Shown piece by piece: positions 58,681-64,000 of a stretch of 64,000 nucleotides of DNA. The stretch is from NCBI RefSeq assembly GCF_009914755.1, contig NC_060929.1; one strand, written 5' to 3'. Source of the stretch: the human T2T-CHM13v2.0 reference genome, Homo sapiens. Both the position numbers and the translations under genes were made by a program. Position 1 is the first letter of the stretch; each line of letters opens with the position of its first letter. The notes under the pieces are model-generated. The model had not been told where the DNA came from. It made no database searches and saw only the letters and a list, made by a program, of their open reading frames with translations.

Positions 58681-60938
58681 CCAGTTGGAATGACTTGTTA
58701 CTTGGAAATAAAAGAGTTGTCATCAAGAGAAAATCTACATGTGCCGATAGCCTAAAGTAACTGACACTGGTGTTGAGTATAGATAAATGGGTGTTTATCA
58801 AAATATAGAAGGTGACTCTAGCAGAGGGAGCAGAGTGGGCAAAGCTACAGAAGTAAGGAACAGAATACTTTGTTCAGTGAATGAATCATAAGTAGTGGAG
58901 TGTGGTGGAGAATGGGATGTGGACAGCAGGAACTAGAGTTTTAAAGCACAGTGAGACATGGAGCTGGAGAGACAGGCATTGTTGGCTTTATATACCATGC
59001 TAAGGCATTTGAACTCTTCTAAAGATGGTATGGAATGACTTGAGTTTTACTCAGTAGAGTGGCATAATTAGATACATGTTAAAAATTTGCAGAAAAAATA
59101 TACCTACTTTATATATACCAATGGATTGAGTCATGGAAGACCCTTGAAAAGATACGCTTTCTGGAGGCTGAGACACTTGTCACTGGCATGGGATAACAGA
59201 TATGTTTAAGAGACTATGACTAATATTGTCTAGCAAGGCATGCTGAGGTCTTGGTGCTCCTCAAAAAAGTCTGTATTTTTGCAATGGAGGCAGTTTACAG
59301 AATTAAAATTTTATTGTTTTAAACCTCAGTATTTAGAAATTATGCTTATTTGCTTTTATGTCTTCATAACATATAAAAAACATGTCTTTCAATTTTGATG
59401 GGGGACTCTATCATAGGTTCTGAGTTGCTTTCATGAGGAAAACATTCAAAGGAAACAGCTGCATTGCCTGCATATAACAAGCCAGCTCAGGGATTGAGGA
59501 CAGTGTAGAAGGTTAAAGAATTACACCTTCAGCAGAAGGTAGGAGAAATGCTAGAAATATCTTATATCAGTTAGGGTTCTCAGATGCAAACAACAGAATC
59601 CGCTTTTGCTGGTTTATTCAAAGAAGAAATTCATTAAAGGATATAAGAGGCTTACAGAATCTCAGGGAAGGCCAGAGATGAAGTCTGAGGCTATTCATTT
59701 AGAAACCAAGCCCAAATCACACTGTGGGGTCACTACAATGAGGACAACACTATTGCTCAGCATACATATGGTGCTATCACTGATCATGTGAGGGACTGGA
59801 CCACAGAAGCTGTGCTACTACGGCCTCCTAAATCTCAATACTTTCATTACTTCAGTCATTAAAATATGGATTTGGCATAGTGTCTGCCTTCTCATGTGAT
59901 TCATTTCCAAACTGAAGTCTCACATATGTCTGACTGGTAGAGCTAGATCACGTGCTTAAATCTGAGCAGCAAGGGAGCCTGGGAAAGTGAGTTCTGGCTT
60001 CTTTCTTGGAGAAGATCGACTTATAACATGTTCACAAGATATTAGATGGTTAAAATGTCTATAACATATTATGACATTACTCGTCTCACATAGCAGCTAT
60101 CTGCAATTAAAAGGAGAGTGAAAACACGTTGATCAGGCACTGTCTCTTTCTTTCTTGTAAAATTAAAAACAAAACAAAACAAAAAATGTTTAGAAAGGGA
60201 GGAGAAATATCCCTAATTTTGGCAGGCCCTAAAAGAGATTGTATGAATTTACTTGAGTTATTTGTATGAAGTTTTAAACATCTACCTATTCATCTTCCTG
60301 TTCTGTAGCTAAGCTAGCATGCTAATAGCACTGTAGTATTAAAGAAGCTTTTGTGATCGGCCTGGGAACCATCACTACTTGTAACATTGTGCCAGGAACA
60401 GAGACAGCAGCAACATCCTGGACGAGACTTTCCACTTTGTGATTGATACTTTCTGCTAAAGCCCTAGTCATGCTGACTGGAAGCTATCTTGGCAGGATAA
60501 AAGGTCATCACTGGCATTAAGGATCTCTTTAGGTTTCAATAAACAGAATCCATTCAAGATAACTTACCCTAAAGAAGGACATTTATTATAAGGATACAGA
60601 GCTATCTCCTGGAATGCAAGGGTAGGAAGTTCAACCTGGCCCCATGAGGGACTAAGCCAGGACTCTGAAAACCCTCAGAAACTAATGGAAAGTGTGTCTG
60701 TCTATCTGTCTGTCTGTCTGTCTGTCCCAGCATCTTTTGCATGATTTGTCATCTCTGCTTCTCTCTAAACATCTGCTTCATTCTTTTCCTCTGTACAGAC
60801 TGATGTCCTCTGCTTTTACGTATATGGCAGAAAATGGCTACTTCATTCAGTCCTTACATGTCCTTTCTGTTCAAGAGCCAACAAAGGCAAATGGACATTT
60901 CCAAGTCTTGACTCCAAATGCCTGGGACAGAGAATGCC

Positions 60939-61365
60939 TGTACTGGGTTGAATAGTGTATCCCCAAAATGTATGGTCTACTTGGAACCTCAGAATGTGAC
61001 CTTATTTGGAAATAGGGTCTTCACAGGTGTAATTTATTAAGATGAGGTCATACTGGATTAGTGTGGGCCCTAATCCAATGACTGAGGTCTTTATAGGACG
61101 ACAGGCATAGGAGAGAATGCTGTGTGAAGATAGAGGAAAAGATTGGAGTTACCCTTCCACAAGTCAAAGGATGCCAAGGATTACCAGGAACTACCAGAAG
61201 CTAGGAGAGAAGAGTGGAACAAATTTTCCTTTGGGCTTGCCATAGAAACCAATCCTGCCAACACCTTGATTTCAGATTTTCATCCTCTGGAACTGTAAGA
61301 GAATAAATTGCCGTTGTTTCAAGCCACCCAGTCGTTGTCATTTGTTATGGCAGCCCTGGGAAACA
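60939..61365 (+). mobile_element. MLT1C-like LTR
   Basis: ggaacctcagaatgtgaccttatttggaaatagggtctt...gaataaatt...tttgttatggcagccct. Confidence 0.8.
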
Positions 61366-61639
61366 GAGAGAGTTTCTTTGGCCCAACTGGGTCCAATGTC
61401 CACCTTGTGCATTCACCTGGTTTAGCTATGGCCAGGGTGGAGGGGTCGAGCCAGACACTGTGCAGAAGAATCTCTAAGAAGGGGATGTAGAAGGAGCAGG
61501 CAAATTGATGAACAGATATAATAATTTTTTTTGTGCTTCCTTATAACCAGAGGTGTCTGTGGGTACCTAGCAGTGATCAGAGGGAACAGCAGGACCCTAG
61601 ATATAGTTCCTAATCATTAGTACTTTAAGAACAACTTAC

Positions 61640-62337
61640 CTCTTGCTATTTGTGAAATGGGATTGCAAAGATACCTTGCAAAGATACCTGATTCTGATGG
61701 CCTTGTCACTGTCTTTGACCAATAGAATGCAAAAGAGATAGGTGTCTGTTCTAAACCTAAGTCGTTTTTTTTTCTTTTTTTGACAGGGTCTGGCTCGGTC
61801 GCCCCCTCCCACCTCAGCTTCCCAAGCAGCTGAGACTACAGGAGTGTGCCACCATGCCCAGCTAATTTTTATACTTGTTGTAGAGATGCAGTTTTGCCAT
61901 GTTGCCCAGGCTGGTCTCAAACTCCTGAGCTCAAGCAATCTGCTAGCCTCAGACTCCCAAAGTGCTGAGATTACAGGCGTGAGCCACCCCGCCTGGCCTT
62001 CTAAGCCTACGTCTTTAAGCATTGCGTGCTTTCACTTCTTCTCTTGGAACCTCGCTGTTGTCATGTAAAAAACCTCAGCCTGTTGCATGATTAAAGGGAT
62101 GTGACCCAGTTACTTCCTTTGCCCCAGTGACCAGTCAGCCAATGACCAACATGTTAGTGAGGTCACCCTAGACCAACCAGGTGACTGCAAACACATGAGC
62201 AAGCCCAGTGAAGATCAGCTGAGTCAGGACCAGGTCAACACAACCACCTAGCTGACCCATAGACTCCTGAGCAATATTAAAGGTTGAGTTACTACATCTT
62301 AGAGTAATTTGTTATGCTGTGACAGATAACTGATACA
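61640..62337 (+). mobile_element. MLT1F-like LTR remnant with a deleted AluJ (about 61765-61997, -)
   Basis: Ends gacagataactgataca; Alu flanked by ttctaaaccta/ttctaagccta. Confidence 0.6.
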
Positions 62338-62605
62338 GGGAGATTGACAATCTGGATTTTGGTAAGCCAGATATTAGAAAAGTAAGGATAATTCATTCAT
62401 AAATAAAAATAATTCCTAGGTTTCATGTTAATAGCTGTATCAACTTGGGCAAGTTGTTTCAATTTCCTCATCTGATAACTGAAGTTAACAAAGTAGATTC
62501 TTTGGGGTGGGTTATTGGGCAGAGCAAATGGGAGAAAGTATGGGGCAGCACGTTATAAAACAGCAGGTTGGCATCATTTCTCTATACTCTGTCCTTTCTT
62601 TATTA

Positions 62606-62686
62606 TTAAGGTTGGTACAAAAGTGATTGTGGTTTTTGCCATTGAAAGTAATGACAAAAACCACAATCACTTTTGCAGCAACCTAA
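62606..62686. mobile_element. MADE1 (Hsmar1-derived MITE), near-perfect palindrome
   Basis: 35-bp inverted arms with 3 mismatches around a short spacer; TA on both sides. Confidence 0.93.
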
Positions 62687-64000
62687 TAAGACATGAATAA
62701 CTTTAGGAAATAATGGCATGGGTGTGTTTTATAAAGTTGAAAGCAACTTGATTTTTACCATGACCTAGGAGACCTTACGTGATCTGGCTGCTCAGTTCTC
62801 TTACTTTCCTACCTCTCTCTGTGTCCAGATCAGGGGTGTCCTCTCTGTTCCTCACACATGCCACATGCCTTCCCACATGAGAACGTTTGTACCTGCAGTT
62901 CCCTCCACCTGCGATAATATTCCCACCTCTCTCTCTCTCTCTGTTTATGTGAACCACAATTCGGGAACAGTATACTTATAATGCAAATAGGATCATGTGA
63001 AGTAGCACTCTTAGTAATTAATGTATGTTCTCTATTTTGAGTCAGAGCAACCCAAAAGATAAGTAAGGAAAAAAAAAAAACCCTTTGTCTTCTCCTATAG
63101 AGTCCCTTTAATTCACGAATCAGAATCTTGAGCAACCCGGGAGAAGCATTGTGAGTTTCATGAGAGCTGGTCAGGGGGCCTTCAGAAAAGATTGTTTCCC
63201 AGTCATTATTCTCTCTTTCTTTCCCCCCTCTCTTGCTTTACTGAGATAATTTTACATCATAAAATTTAACTGTTTTCAATGTACTATTCAATAATCTTTT
63301 TCGTGTATTTACAGAGTTATACAACCACCATCACAATCCAATTCTATCATCCCCAAAAGAAACCCCATACTCGTTTACAGTCACTCTCCATATCACCCCC
63401 AGCTCCAGGCAACCACTAATCTACTTTCTATGTCTATATATTTGTTTTTCTGGATGTTTTCTAGAAATGGAATTATACAAAGGCACACCTCTTTTAATGG
63501 CCTTCTTGCCTTATTCTTTGCATCTCAGCTGAAATGTTACCTCCTCTTTCCTTAAACTTCACTGTTATTCTGCGTGTCATCTCCTCATTGTTTTTTGGTA
63601 GAACTTATGCAATTTGTAATTATTTTATTTGTTTCTTTACTTGCTTCTGCCTGCCTATGCTACTAGAATATACTTTTTCTGAGGGCAGGGGCAATTTCTG
63701 TTTTACATTCTACTGTGTCCCAAGACCTACTTAGTGCCAGATGCAGAGTGGATGGATGTCCGGTAAATATTTGCTGGTCGAAAAAAGTTTTTAAAAAGTA
63801 CTGGGGCAGCAGGATGGTGGAATAAGAGGCCCTAGACTCTCCTTTCCCCCAACAAATACACTGATTCAACAACAATTCATGGACAAATTCCCTTTGTGAG
63901 AAATACAGAAACTAGTTGAGAGGCTCTTTCACCCTGGGTGAGTGCAAAACTTGACACATCAAAGCCAGTAGGAAAATTTGACGCCCTCTCACCTCAACCC

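Overview
Primate, almost certainly human, genomic DNA matching the MRPL22-KIF4B interval (5q33, assigned from recognised protein sequences). It contains the last coding exon of MRPL22 (4585-4796, +), a full-length COX7A2L processed pseudogene with a 13-bp target-site duplication (TSD) split by two Alus (31440-33398, +), and the intact intronless KIF4B retrogene (51751-55455, +, 1234 aa) inserted inside an old L1. The rest is mostly interspersed repeats: over 30 Alus, L1PA/L1M pieces, three ERV1 solo LTRs with 4-bp TSDs, THE1/MLT1 LTRs, MER5A, MER53 and MADE1. Almost all short ORFs in the track are repeat artefacts. I found no clearly new gene system. The best leads are: (1) KIF4B appears to carry a copy of its parent's cell-cycle core promoter; (2) basic regulatory motifs in KIF4B have eroded; (3) a THE1 LTR may supply a distal MRPL22 poly(A) site; (4) an Alu tail has become a (GGAA)17 tract; (5) a PBX-HOX plus MEIS composite site lies in repeat-free DNA; (6) an internally primed Alu ends in a fold-back. 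Repeat subfamilies and KIF4A comparisons are from memory and need alignment checks. Repeat boundaries without a TSD are approximate.
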